DNA of 40,237 nucleotides from Bacillota bacterium (GTDB lineage Bacteria > Bacillota > Clostridia > Lachnospirales > Lachnospiraceae): positions 1-40,237 of the forward strand of contig JAEZHX010000103.1 in the NCBI GenBank assembly GCA_023436765.1, written 5' to 3'. The translations under genes and the position numbers were made by a program. Of this stretch, positions 40,111 through 40,237 are shown piece after piece. Under the pieces are notes generated by a model that saw only the letters and a list, made by a program, of their open reading frames with translations, searched no databases and was not told the DNA's origin. How positions within the stretch are numbered: the stretch's first letter is position 1; every line of letters begins with the position of its first letter.

Positions 40111-40237
40111 ATGAGAACCATCCATACCGATGAAATTACGAAAAATATCAAAGAAATGTGCATCGAAGCCAACTTACAGTTGGCTTCTGATGTAGAAGAG
40201 AGAGTCCGGAGGGCTTTCAAACAGGAGGAATCCGCTC
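40111..40237 (+). CDS. Fe-S hydro-lyase (class I fumarate hydratase/tartrate dehydratase) alpha subunit, N-terminal part; runs off the window
   Basis: RBS GGAGGT, ATG 40111; manual translation MRTIHTDEITKNIKEMCIEANLQLASDVEERVRRAFKQEESA resembles clostridial fumarase alpha N-termini. Confidence 0.75.
   Translation, partial: MRTIHTDEITKNIKEMCIEANLQLASDVEERVRRAFKQEESA

Noticed and set aside
39926..40114. 62-aa ORF after gyrA
   Set aside because: TTG start without RBS, lies wholly in the repeat/hairpin element and has no recognisable motif

Overview
Chromosomal replication-origin region of a low-GC Firmicute. Gene content and order suggest a Clostridia/Lachnospiraceae-type genome (inference). 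The right half is the classic origin cluster: DUF4446-parB-parA, a DegS/DegU-like two-component pair, a GNAT gene, rsmG-mnmG-mnmE-jag-yidC-yidD-rnpA-rpmH on the minus strand, then dnaA-oriC-dnaN-yaaA-recF-gyrB-gyrA and the start of a Fe-S fumarate-hydratase alpha subunit on the plus strand. Three perfect parS sites and a DnaA-box/DnaA-trio unwinding element are visible. The left half holds the right end of a probable IS (transposase C-terminus plus TGT end), an iron-sulfur flavoprotein, araB plus a divergent araD, a D,D-carboxypeptidase, an uncharacterised membrane coiled-coil protein, a pstSCAB-phoU-phoP-phoR operon with Pho boxes, tRNA-Arg(CCT), DUF3881, an HD-GYP protein and adhE with two Rex boxes. 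Most of the window is housekeeping, and I see no CRISPR array, prophage or defence island. Best leads: (1) a sigma28-type promoter driving a membrane-anchored protein with CheZ-like architecture and a FliM/CheZ-like C-terminal helix; (2) an AraD homologue lacking a Zn ligand and the catalytic Tyr; (3) a nested repeat/hairpin element with compensatory base changes between gyrA and the fumarase gene; (4) a ~160-nt rod-like inverted repeat in the rpmH-dnaA intergenic region. All family calls come from motif recognition, not database searches.
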